Assembly (NCBI GenBank): GCA_964584755.1
Contig: CAZPAV010000002.1
Location: 45,338-109,337 of the forward strand
Source: an uncultured Acidimicrobiaceae bacterium
Lineage (GTDB): Bacteria > Actinomycetota > Acidimicrobiia > Spongiisociales > UBA5794
Length of the DNA stretch: 64,000 nt
Direction: 5' to 3'
In this document: positions 16,480-25,054 of the stretch, in pieces
How positions within the stretch are numbered: the first letter of the stretch is position 1
How the letters are laid out: each line of letters begins with the position of its first letter
Position numbers and translations under genes: made by a program
The notes under the pieces: generated by a model
Told to the model about the DNA's origin: nothing
The model's database searches: none
Seen by the model: only the letters and a program-made list of their open reading frames with translations

Positions 16480-19289
16480 CGCCGGCGCCTCCCCCAACCG
16501 GCGAAGGCGAGGAGCACGAGGAGCCATACCCCCGCCGTCGACGCCTGACGGCGTCGTCCCGCCAAGGGACGGAACGCCGCCTCGCCCGCGCTCGCCGCGA
16601 CCTCGTTCCGCCACTCGACCTGGGTCCACGGTCCCGGTCCCCAGTTCCGGTGGGCGTTCTCGGCGAGGATCACCCTGCCGTCGCTCTCGGGAGTCCCCAC
16701 GTACCGCCCGCCCCGCCAGACCCACGCCCGACCCCCCTCCGTGGCCGCCCGCACCGCGTCCTCGGCCTCGTTCACGAACACCGCCGCGCCCGGCGTCCTG
16801 CCCAGAGGCACGAGGTCGAGCTGGCCGGCGAGCACGTCGAGCCACGCCCGCGTCTCCACGTCGGCACGGGGACCCTCGGCCTCCCCGACGACCACGACCC
16901 ACCGGATGCCGAACGGCGCCAGGGCCTCCCCCGCCCGCGTCGTCTCCTCGTCGACGATCGTACCCAGGGTCGCGGCGAGCGCCTCGTCGCCGGCACGTGG
17001 CGCGGCGAGGTCCGCCTCCCACAGCGCGGGCAGCGGTGCCGAGACGACACGGTACGACCCGTCCCGCAACGACCGGCTCTCCCCGGGCAGGAGGTCGGCG
17101 GGACCGAGCATGAGGACCCGTGAGGTCGCCGGGTCCGTCGTCGCCGCCCGGGTCACCGCGAGCACGCCGCGCAGGCGGTCGCCGGGCAGTCCCGCCCGAC
17201 CCCCGATCGTCACCGCGGCGGTGGTGACGACGAGCAACGCCGCGCCCACCGCGGCGACACCGAGGACGAAGCGCCGCCAGCCGGCCACCTCCTCGACCCT
17301 CCGCACGCCGTCGAGGACCGCCCCCACCACGAGCGCGAGTCCGAGGGATCCCACCGCCAGACCGGCCGCGCCGGCCTCGGCGCCCACGCCGAAGGCGCCC
17401 GCCCGGGACAGGGCGGCTCCCCCGGCGGCGAGCACCGCACCCCATCCGACGACGAAGGCGAGACGGCGGGGCGCCGCCAGGAGCCCAAGGAGGACCGCGG
17501 CGGCGAAGGCACCCGCCACCACCACGGAGGTGTCCCACCACGACCGGCCCGAGGTGACGAAGTCGACGAGGTCGACGTGGCCCAGCCACGGGAAGAGGAG
17601 CGGAACGGCGGCCATGGTCCCCACGATCGCGACCGCCACGGCGCGCCACGCCCGCGCCTCGGTGAGGGTGATCGCCGCCCACAGGAGGAGCAGCACCGAC
17701 GGCGCCAGGAGCAGCGGGGGCGCCAACGCCCCGAGCAGGCCGAGGACCGCGGCGGTGGCGGCGAGGCGCCCCACCCGCCCCGGGCTCGACGCGGGGAACG
17801 GGGCCAGGGGGAGCCGCAGGGCCCAGGGCAGGATGCCGACCGCGGCGAGCGTTCCCAGGTTCGTCGCCCCGGCGATGCCCTGCGCCATGGGACCGAAGAC
17901 GAGCACCAGGCCGGCGGCCACCCCCGCGGGGGCCTCGACCGAGAAGGTGCGCAGCAGCCGGGTGGTTCCCCAGATCCCGAGGAGCGCGCTCCCCGCCACG
18001 AGCGCGTACTCGGCGAGTCGCCTCCCGAAGAGCACCGTCTCCAGGACACCGGCGACCGCCACGAGGGGGCGGAGCGGCGCGACGCTCCCCAGACCGGCGG
18101 GGTTCCAGCCCCCCGCGTACGCGCGGAGGGCCGCGGTCCCCGGCGCCGGGAAGGGGAGGCTGGAGCCGACCGCAGGGAGGCCCGCCGCCCAGATGGATCG
18201 GGTGGCGAGGAGGGTGAAGCCGACCGCGAGCAGCCCGGTCACGACCGCCGGCTGGCGGAGGTCGCGGCCAACGACCTCGAGCGCGATCCGATCCTCCCCC
18301 GGCAGCCGCGCCCGCACCCGCTCCACGACCTCCCCGAGCAGCGAGCGCAGCTCCGTGGACCCCCCGAGCTGGTAGCGGAAGAGCTCGGCATCGCCCACGA
18401 CGCGCCCGCGACGGGCCCGACGTCGCTCGGCGAGGGTCGACGGGAGGTACACGAGGTTCCATGCCCACGCCCGCATCCAGTCGAAGAGCCGCCAGCGCCC
18501 GAGCACGAGAGCGAGGAGCACCCCGAGGAACCCGACGAGGAACCGCACCGGGATCGCCCAGGCCAACGTCACCGGACCGTACGCCTTGAGCATCGCCCGG
18601 AGCCGGCCCGCGTCCTCACGCCACCGCCGGCCGGGCCCGGCCGGCCCGACGAGGACCTCGGAGGAGGGAACGACCACGACCCGGGCACCACGCAGCCGAG
18701 CGCGCTGACAGAGGTCCACCGCGGCCGCCACCGGCGCCAGTCGCGGATCGGGCCCGCGCAGTCCCCGGGCGAGATCCCGGCGCAGGAGCATCGAGACACC
18801 CGAGACGGCGGCGACGTCCCGGACCACGTCGTACTGGCCCTGGTCCCGCTCGTCGGGATCGAGTCCCGTGCTCGGCTCGTCGAACACGTCGGTCACCCAC
18901 CCGACGTTGCGCAGACGTGAGGGGTCCTCCCCGTCGAGGAGCTTCGAGCCGGCGATGCCCGCCCCCACCCGCTCCGACTCGGTGACGAGGGCGCCGAGCG
19001 CGGTCGGGCGGGGCATCGCACCGGCGTGGAGGATCCACAGGTGGGTGACCGACGTTGGCGTCGCGTCGAGCACCGCGGCGAGGTTCGCCATCCACCCGGC
19101 CCCGGCGGCCTCGGCCTCGTGCCGCGCCGCGGTGCCGCCGCCGACGATGACGAGTCGCTCCGGGACGTACACTTGCCGCCGGATCGCGTCGACCGTCGCA
19201 GCGAGGTCGGTTCGCCCGTCGGCGAGGACGACCGCGACCACCGAAACGCGGGAGAGGTCCTGGGGAGGCAGTGACATGAAGGACGCCAT
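16476..19289 (-). CDS. Large GT2-family glycosyltransferase with polytopic C-terminal membrane domain
   Basis: 937 aa. N-terminal GT2 domain (VSVVAVVLADGRTDLAATVDAIRRQ...). After ~residue 270, more than 12 predicted TM helices. Ends in WLLVLLAFAGWGRRRR. Confidence 0.8.
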   Translation of the reverse strand: MASFMSLPPQDLSRVSVVAVVLADGRTDLAATVDAIRRQVYVPERLVIVGGGTAARHEAEAAGAGWMANLAAVLDATPTSVTHLWILHAGAMPRPTALGALVTESERVGAGIAGSKLLDGEDPSRLRNVGWVTDVFDEPSTGLDPDERDQGQYDVVRDVAAVSGVSMLLRRDLARGLRGPDPRLAPVAAAVDLCQRARLRGARVVVVPSSEVLVGPAGPGRRWREDAGRLRAMLKAYGPVTLAWAIPVRFLVGFLGVLLALVLGRWRLFDWMRAWAWNLVYLPSTLAERRRARRGRVVGDAELFRYQLGGSTELRSLLGEVVERVRARLPGEDRIALEVVGRDLRQPAVVTGLLAVGFTLLATRSIWAAGLPAVGSSLPFPAPGTAALRAYAGGWNPAGLGSVAPLRPLVAVAGVLETVLFGRRLAEYALVAGSALLGIWGTTRLLRTFSVEAPAGVAAGLVLVFGPMAQGIAGATNLGTLAAVGILPWALRLPLAPFPASSPGRVGRLAATAAVLGLLGALAPPLLLAPSVLLLLWAAITLTEARAWRAVAVAIVGTMAAVPLLFPWLGHVDLVDFVTSGRSWWDTSVVVAGAFAAAVLLGLLAAPRRLAFVVGWGAVLAAGGAALSRAGAFGVGAEAGAAGLAVGSLGLALVVGAVLDGVRRVEEVAGWRRFVLGVAAVGAALLVVTTAAVTIGGRAGLPGDRLRGVLAVTRAATTDPATSRVLMLGPADLLPGESRSLRDGSYRVVSAPLPALWEADLAAPRAGDEALAATLGTIVDEETTRAGEALAPFGIRWVVVVGEAEGPRADVETRAWLDVLAGQLDLVPLGRTPGAAVFVNEAEDAVRAATEGGRAWVWRGGRYVGTPESDGRVILAENAHRNWGPGPWTQVEWRNEVAASAGEAAFRPLAGRRRQASTAGVWLLVLLAFAGWGRRRR

Positions 19290-20244
19290 TCTGGGATCGG
19301 GACGGCGCTACGGCAATCCGAACGTCGTTCTGCTCTCGGGCGGGGTCGGCGGCGCCCGCATGGCGCGCGCCCTCACGTCGGTGCTGGCGCCCGGCTGTCT
19401 GACGGTGATCGTCAACGTCGGCGACGACGACCGCATCTACGGAGTCCACGTCGCCGCCGACCTCGACACCGTCACCTACACCCTCGCCGACGTCGCCGGT
19501 CCCCACGGCTGGGGAGTCGCCGACGACACCTTCGTCGTGCTGGAGCAACTCGGCCGACTCGGGGCCGACACCACCTTCCGGCTCGGCGACCGCGACCTCG
19601 CCACCTGCCTGCTGCGCACCGAGGCCCTCGCCGCCGGCGAGCCGCTCTCCCGGGTGACGGGCCGCATCGCACGGGCCCTCGGTGTCGACGCGGAGATCGT
19701 CCCGGCGAGCGACGACCCGATTCGTACCGTCCTCCTCACCGCCGAGGGCGAGCAGCTCGCCTTCCAGGAGTACTTCGTCCGGCGCGGCCAGCGGGACACC
19801 GTCGTCGGCCTCCGTTTCGAGGGAGCCGCCCGAGCCCGCGCCCCACTGGGGCTCCCGACCGCGATCACCACCGCGGATCTCGTCGTCATCGCCCCCTCGA
19901 ACCCGCCCCTCTCCATCTGGCCGATCCTCGCCGTCGACGACCTCGCCGCCGCCGTCGCCGCCCACGAGCGTGTCGTCGCGGTGAGCCCCCTCTTCGGAGG
20001 GAAACCCCTCAAGGGTCCGGCCGATCGGGTCATGCACGGTCTCGGACTCGCTGCGGGCAACGCCGGCGTCCTCGAGGCCTACCACGGTTTCATCACCGAC
20101 CTCGTCGTCGACGAGGGCGACGCCGCCGACGTCCCGACGCTCTCCGACCGCGGTGTCGGCGCCCACGCCGCCGACACCCGACTCACGGGCCCCGACCGGG
20201 GCAAGGCGTTCGCCGGGTGGCTCCTCGACCGGTTCCTCCCGTGA
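19276..20244 (+). CDS. cofD: 2-phospho-L-lactate transferase (F420 biosynthesis)
   Basis: MKDAILGSGRRYGNPNVVLLSGGVGGARMARAL...VIVNVGDDD is the CofD/FbiA signature. ATG at 19276 is embedded in a CATG shared with the divergent GT2 start. Confidence 0.9.
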   Translation: MKDAILGSGRRYGNPNVVLLSGGVGGARMARALTSVLAPGCLTVIVNVGDDDRIYGVHVAADLDTVTYTLADVAGPHGWGVADDTFVVLEQLGRLGADTTFRLGDRDLATCLLRTEALAAGEPLSRVTGRIARALGVDAEIVPASDDPIRTVLLTAEGEQLAFQEYFVRRGQRDTVVGLRFEGAARARAPLGLPTAITTADLVVIAPSNPPLSIWPILAVDDLAAAVAAHERVVAVSPLFGGKPLKGPADRVMHGLGLAAGNAGVLEAYHGFITDLVVDEGDAADVPTLSDRGVGAHAADTRLTGPDRGKAFAGWLLDRFLP

Positions 20245-20939
20245 GCGAGCTGCGCCTCGTCCCGCTCCCGGGGATCCCCGAGGTCGGCCCCGGCGACGAC
20301 CTTCCCGCGCTGCTGCTGGCGGCGGTGCGCGACGCCGGCGAGCGCCTCGAGGACCGCGACGTCGTCGTCGTCACCCACAAGGTCGTCTCGAAGGCCGAGG
20401 GACGCGTCGTCCCCATCCCCTCCGACGCCGCCCGCCGCCGCCTCGTCGAGGACGAGGCGGCGGCGATCCTCCGCCGTCGCGGCGACCTCGTCATCACCAA
20501 GACACGTCACGGGTTCATCTGCGCCAACGCCGGCGTCGACCGCTCGAACACCGACGAGGGCACGGCGGTCCTCCTCCCCGTGGACCCCGACCGCAGCGCC
20601 CACCGCATCCGGCAACGACTCGAGCGCGTCAGCGGGGCGCGCCTCGGCGTCATCGTGACCGACACCTTCGGCCGCGCCTGGCGCCGCGGGCTCGTCGACG
20701 TCGCCATCGGCGCCTCGGGGCTCGTCGTCCTGCAGGACCTCCGGGGCACCCGGGACGGTGGGGGACGGCTCCTCGAGGTGACCGAGGTCGCCCTCGCCGA
20801 CGAGATCGCCGCCGCCGCCGACCTCGTCATGGGCAAGGCGACCCGCGTCCCCGCGGTGCTCGTGCGCGGCCTCGCCGTCCTCGGTGAGGGCCGGGCGACG
20901 GACCTCGTGCGACCGGCCGGAGAGGATCTCTTCCGCTGA
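20241..20939 (+). CDS. cofE: Coenzyme F420:L-glutamate ligase (stand-alone CofE domain)
   Basis: VSELRLVPLPGIPEVGPGDDL...VVVVTHKVVSKAEGRVV...GFICANAGVDRSN...GVIVTDTFGRAWR. GTG start overlaps the cofD TGA (GTGA). No nitroreductase-like C-terminal domain, unlike mycobacterial FbiB. Confidence 0.85.
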   Translation: MSELRLVPLPGIPEVGPGDDLPALLLAAVRDAGERLEDRDVVVVTHKVVSKAEGRVVPIPSDAARRRLVEDEAAAILRRRGDLVITKTRHGFICANAGVDRSNTDEGTAVLLPVDPDRSAHRIRQRLERVSGARLGVIVTDTFGRAWRRGLVDVAIGASGLVVLQDLRGTRDGGGRLLEVTEVALADEIAAAADLVMGKATRVPAVLVRGLAVLGEGRATDLVRPAGEDLFR

Positions 20940-20979
20940 GGCACGCCCGGGCCGGTCGCCGGACCGCCCCACCTCGCCC

Positions 20980-21921
20980 TCACGCCGTCCGGAACCACTC
21001 CACGGTGTGTCGCAGACCCTCCTCGAGCGACGTCCACGGCTCCCATCCCAGGGCGCGGGCGGCCGCCGACGGGTCGAGACAGGAGCGGCGCTGCTCCCCG
21101 GGCCGGGCGGCACCGAACGCCGGGGGCGTGTCGCTGCCCACGAGCGCGGCGAGCCGTCGGTAGAGGTCGAGAACGGTCGTCTCCACGCCGGTGCCGATGT
21201 TCAGGTACATGCCGCCCCCGCGCCGGGCGGCCCGGACGCAGGCGTCGGTCACGTCCTCGACGAAGACGAAGTCCCGGGTCTGCAGGCCGTCGCCGTAGAT
21301 GGTGGGGGTCCGGCCGGCGAGGAGGTCACCGATGAAGATGGCCACGACGCCCGCCTCGCCCGCGGGATCCTGCCCAGGACCGTAGACGTTGGCGAACCCC
21401 AGCGAGACGAAGTCGAGCCCGTGGGCCCGGCGGAAGTACGCCAGGTACTCGTCGACGACGAGCTTCGCCACGCCGTAGGGCGAGTCCGGGTGCCGGGGCA
21501 CCGACTCGGGCGTCGGGATCCGGTCGACGTCGCCGAAGGTGGCCCCGCCCGAGGAGGCGAAGACGACGCGTTCGACCGCGGCGAGTCGGGCGGCCTGGAG
21601 CACGCTCACCGTCCCCACGACGTTGACCGAGGCGTCGAGGACCGGATCGGCCACCGAGCGGCGCACGTCGATCTGGGCGGCGAGGTGGAAGATCACGTCG
21701 GGTCGGAAGCCGGCGACGAGGTCGCGCAGCTCCGGGGCGCGCACGTCCATCTGGTGGAACGTCAGCCGGCCCTCCCGCCGCGCCCGCGCCAGCCGGCCGA
21801 GATGGCCGCTGGAGAGATCGTCGACGACGAGGACCTCCACGCCGTCGTCGACGAGGCGATCGACGAGATTGGCGCCGATGAACCCGGCGCCGCCGGTGAC
21901 GAGGGCTCGGGTGAGGGCCAT
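20980..21921 (-). CDS. NAD-dependent epimerase/dehydratase (UDP-glucose 4-epimerase-like)
   Basis: MALTRALVTGGAGFIGANLV Rossmann motif, catalytic YGVAK (YxxxK), extended-SDR length of 313 aa. Confidence 0.85.
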   Translation of the reverse strand: MALTRALVTGGAGFIGANLVDRLVDDGVEVLVVDDLSSGHLGRLARARREGRLTFHQMDVRAPELRDLVAGFRPDVIFHLAAQIDVRRSVADPVLDASVNVVGTVSVLQAARLAAVERVVFASSGGATFGDVDRIPTPESVPRHPDSPYGVAKLVVDEYLAYFRRAHGLDFVSLGFANVYGPGQDPAGEAGVVAIFIGDLLAGRTPTIYGDGLQTRDFVFVEDVTDACVRAARRGGGMYLNIGTGVETTVLDLYRRLAALVGSDTPPAFGAARPGEQRRSCLDPSAAARALGWEPWTSLEEGLRHTVEWFRTA

Positions 21922-21981
21922 GGGGGCACTCCGATCGAGGAGGAAACGGGTGACCGAAACCCTACCGTCTCGACACCGGGC

Positions 21982-22650
21982 TCACCGTCGCGCCGGCAGG
22001 GCTGCGCGGAGGAAGCCGGCGAGCCGTTCCAGCGTGTCGGTCGCCGCCCGCTCCTCGTAGGCGGCGGCGTCGACGTCCCAGTACCCCCGTCCGACGCCGT
22101 CGTAGAGCACCCACTCGAGACGGGGATGGCCCGCCTGCAGGCTCCGGACCGCAGCGACGGGACAGCTCGGATCCTCCTTCCCCGAGAAGCCGATGATCGG
22201 CAGCGAGACGGAGGGGAGGGTCTCGGCGAGCACCGTCGCGGACGGCCCCACCAGCCCCAGTGCCCGAAGGCCGGGGAGTCGCAGCGCCGGACCGAGGGCG
22301 ACGTCGGCTCCGGTCTCGAGCCCGAGGACGCCGAGACCCTCCCGGGCGGTCGACCAGAACCCCGCCGGGCTCCGCAGGAAGGAGACGACCCCGGCGAGGA
22401 TCGCCGCCACGCGCGCCGGCCCCCCCGAGCGCTCCGGAGCCATCGCGGCGAGGCCGTGCCGGGCGAGACGCCGGCAGAGGTCCTTCGTGGGGGAGGTCAC
22501 CGTCGGGGTGGGCCCGAGGACGAGGACGGTGGGCCACTCCCCGACGAGATCGGGGCGGGCGAGGTACGCGGGGACGATGCGCGGACCGTCGGGGACGTCG
22601 ATGGCCCCGTAGAGGATGACGGTCTCCCCTTCACCCCTGAGAACGCTCAC
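21982..22650 (-). CDS. Dienelactone hydrolase-family alpha/beta hydrolase
   Basis: 222 aa from a GTG start (VSVLRGEGETVILYGAIDVPDGP...); DLH-like topology. GTG overlaps the birA TGA (GTGA) with GGGAGG upstream. The N-terminal 190 codons of the listed ORF are rejected as Arg/Gly-rich. Confidence 0.65.
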   Translation of the reverse strand: MSVLRGEGETVILYGAIDVPDGPRIVPAYLARPDLVGEWPTVLVLGPTPTVTSPTKDLCRRLARHGLAAMAPERSGGPARVAAILAGVVSFLRSPAGFWSTAREGLGVLGLETGADVALGPALRLPGLRALGLVGPSATVLAETLPSVSLPIIGFSGKEDPSCPVAAVRSLQAGHPRLEWVLYDGVGRGYWDVDAAAYEERAATDTLERLAGFLRAALPARR

Positions 22651-23427
22651 CGCGCCTCCCTCGTGTCGTCGCCGCCGGGCAGGGTAGCGTCCCGACGAAG
22701 TCGCACCTCCCCGGCGCGGACGGTGCGGGGACCGCCGGCGCACGCCACGACGAGCGCCCCGTCCGGGGCCACGTCGACGGCGGTCCCGGCGCCACCGTCC
22801 CAGGCCACGGCGGCACCGATGGTGACGCACGCGGCCCGGTAGGCGTCGCGCTCCCACGCCGCGGCCGGCCGCGCACACCGGTCGAGGAGGCCGTCGGCCC
22901 ACGTCGCGGCCAGCTCGCGCCCCACCTCCGGTCCGGGGTCCTCGGGGAGGATCGCGGCGATCCCGGGAGGCGGCTCCCGCCACCACAGGTCGAGCCCCCA
23001 CCCCACGACGACCCGTCCCGGCGCGCCCTCCGCCAGGATGCCCCCCACCTTGCGACCCTCCTGCAGCAGGTCGTTCGGCCAGCGCAGATCGAGCTCGACG
23101 CCGAGAACGGTCGCCACCGCGGCGCGGGCCGCCAGGCCCGCCACCAGCGGCACGAGCCCCCACTCGGCCGGCGGCCACCGGGGAGTGAAGGCGAGGGAGG
23201 TGTACAGACCCCGATCGGCCTCCCACCAGGGACGCCCCGTACGACCTCGACCGCGCGTCTGTCGGCCCGCCACGACGAGCACGGGGAGCCCACGCCGCGC
23301 GAGCTCGGCGGCGGCGACGTCCTGGGTGGAGTCGACGCGCTCCCGCTCGACGATGACGTATCGTGTAGCCAACGGCCCCCGCGCGAGGTCGATACCCGCG
23401 AGCCTACCGGGAGGCAACGTGAGCACC
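22647..23427 (-). CDS. birA: Biotin--[acetyl-CoA-carboxylase] ligase (group I, no DNA-binding domain)
   Basis: ...VDSTQDVAAAELARRGLPVLVVAGRQTRGRGRTGRPWW...GLYTSLAF matches the BirA catalytic core (GRGRxGRxW). GTG start inferred at complement 23425-23427; the upstream in-frame ATG extension is Arg/Ser-rich. Divergent and 5'-overlapping with accD5, as in the mycobacterial birA-accD5 pair. Confidence 0.75.
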
Positions 23428-24969
23428 GAAGACCGGATCGAGCGCCTCCGGGCGTTGCGCGAGGAGGCCCTCGGCGCCCCGAGCCGCCGCGCCGTCGACC
23501 GCCAGCACGATCTCGGCAAGCTCACGGCCCGGGAGCGGATCGAGCTCCTCCTCGACAAAGGCTCGTTCCAGGAGACCGACATGTTCGTCCGTCACCGGGC
23601 CCGCGAGTTCGGGATCGAGCAGAAGCGTCCGCTCGGCGACGCCGTCGTGACGGGATGGGGCACCATCGACGGACGCACCGTGTTCGTCTTCGCCGAGGAC
23701 TTCACCCGTTTCGGGGGAAGCCTCGGGGAGGCCGTGGCGGACAAGATCTGCAAGGTCATGGACCTGGCCATGGAGACCGGCGCGCCCCTCATCGGGATCA
23801 AGGACTCGGGGGGGGCCAGGATCCAGGAGGGCGTCGTCGCCCTGGACGGGTACGGCCGGATCTTCGAGCGCAACGTTCGCGCCTCCGGGGTCATCCCGCA
23901 GATCTCGGTCATCATGGGTCCGTGCGCCGGCGGAGCCGTCTACTCGCCGGCGATCACCGACTTCGTGTACCAGGTGGCGGAGACGTCGCATCTCTTCATC
24001 ACCGGCCCCGACGTCATCGAGACCGTCACCGGGGAGCAGGTCACCTTCGAGGAGCTCGGCGGGGCCCAGGCGCACGCCACCCGCTCCGGGGTCACGCACT
24101 TCGTCACCGCGGACGGTCGCGCCGCCATCGAGGAGGTGCGCTACCTCCTCTCGTTCCTGCCCCAGAACAACATGGAGGTCCCGCCGTTCTTCACCCCCAT
24201 GGATCACACCGATCGGATGGACGAGGACCTGACGACGATCATCCCCGACTCGCCGAACCAGCCGTACGACATGGTCGAGGTCATCGAGCACGTCGTCGAC
24301 GACGGGGAGTTCTACCAGGTGCACGAGCACTTCGCCGGCAACCTCGTCGTGGGATTCGCCCGCCTCGACGGCTACACGATCGGCGTCGTCGCCAACCAAC
24401 CGTCGGTCCTCGCCGGCGTCCTCGACATCGACGCCTCCGTCAAGGGGGCCCGCTTCGTCCGCTTCTGCGACGCCTTCAACATCCCGTTGCTCGTCTTCGT
24501 GGACGTCCCGGGCTTCCTCCCGGGAGTCGACCAGGAGCACCGTGGGATCATCCGCCACGGCGCCAAGCTCCTCTACGCCTTCTCCGAGGCGACGGTGCCG
24601 CGGGTGAGCGTCATCACCCGGAAGGCGTACGGCGGCGCCTACCTGGTGATGAACGCCCGGGCGGTCCGCGCCGACCTGGTGCTCGCCTGGCCGACCGCCG
24701 AGATCGCCGTCATGGGTGCCGCCGGGGCGGTGAACATCGTCCACCGCCGCGACCTCGCCGCCGCGGCGGACCCGGACGCCGAGCGGGCGCGCCTCATCGC
24801 CCGGTACGAGGAGCGGTTCGCCAACCCGTACGTCGCCGCCGAGCGCGGGCTCGTCGACGAGGTGATCGAGCCGCGAGAGACGCGTCCCCGTCTCGTACGG
24901 GCCTTCGAGATGCTCCGCACGAAGCGGGAGGCCCTTCCCCCCCGCAAGCACGGGAACATCCCCCTCTGA
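23420..24969 (+). CDS. accD5: Acyl-CoA (propionyl-CoA) carboxylase carboxyltransferase beta subunit
   Basis: 516 aa from GTG (GGGAGG Shine-Dalgarno 4 nt upstream). VSTEDRIERLRALREEALGAPSRRAVDRQHDLGKLTARERIELLLDKGSF...GGAYL... matches the PccB/AccD5 family. Symbol assigned by synteny with birA. Confidence 0.9.
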
Positions 24970-25054
24970 GGCCCCGGGGCTCCCCCTCCCGGCGACGGTA
25001 ACCGCGACCTCGGGGCGCGGGTCGAACGGGGGACGCGACGCCGATCACCCTAGG

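Noticed and set aside
15073-18468. N-terminal ~660 aa of the 1131-aa minus ORF, and the plus-strand ORFs 14998-16548 and 16741-18375
   Set aside because: The long ORF is an alternate frame running through the large GT2 gene; only the C-terminal 468 aa (signal peptide onward) is a coherent protein. The plus ORFs are antisense nonsense.
18616-20166. 516-aa minus-strand ORF
   Set aside because: Antisense to cofD; Gly/Arg/Asp-rich.
24970-25054. Possible accE (epsilon subunit) small ORF between accD5 and accA3
   Set aside because: The 85-nt spacer has no start-stop-bounded ORF of meaningful size.
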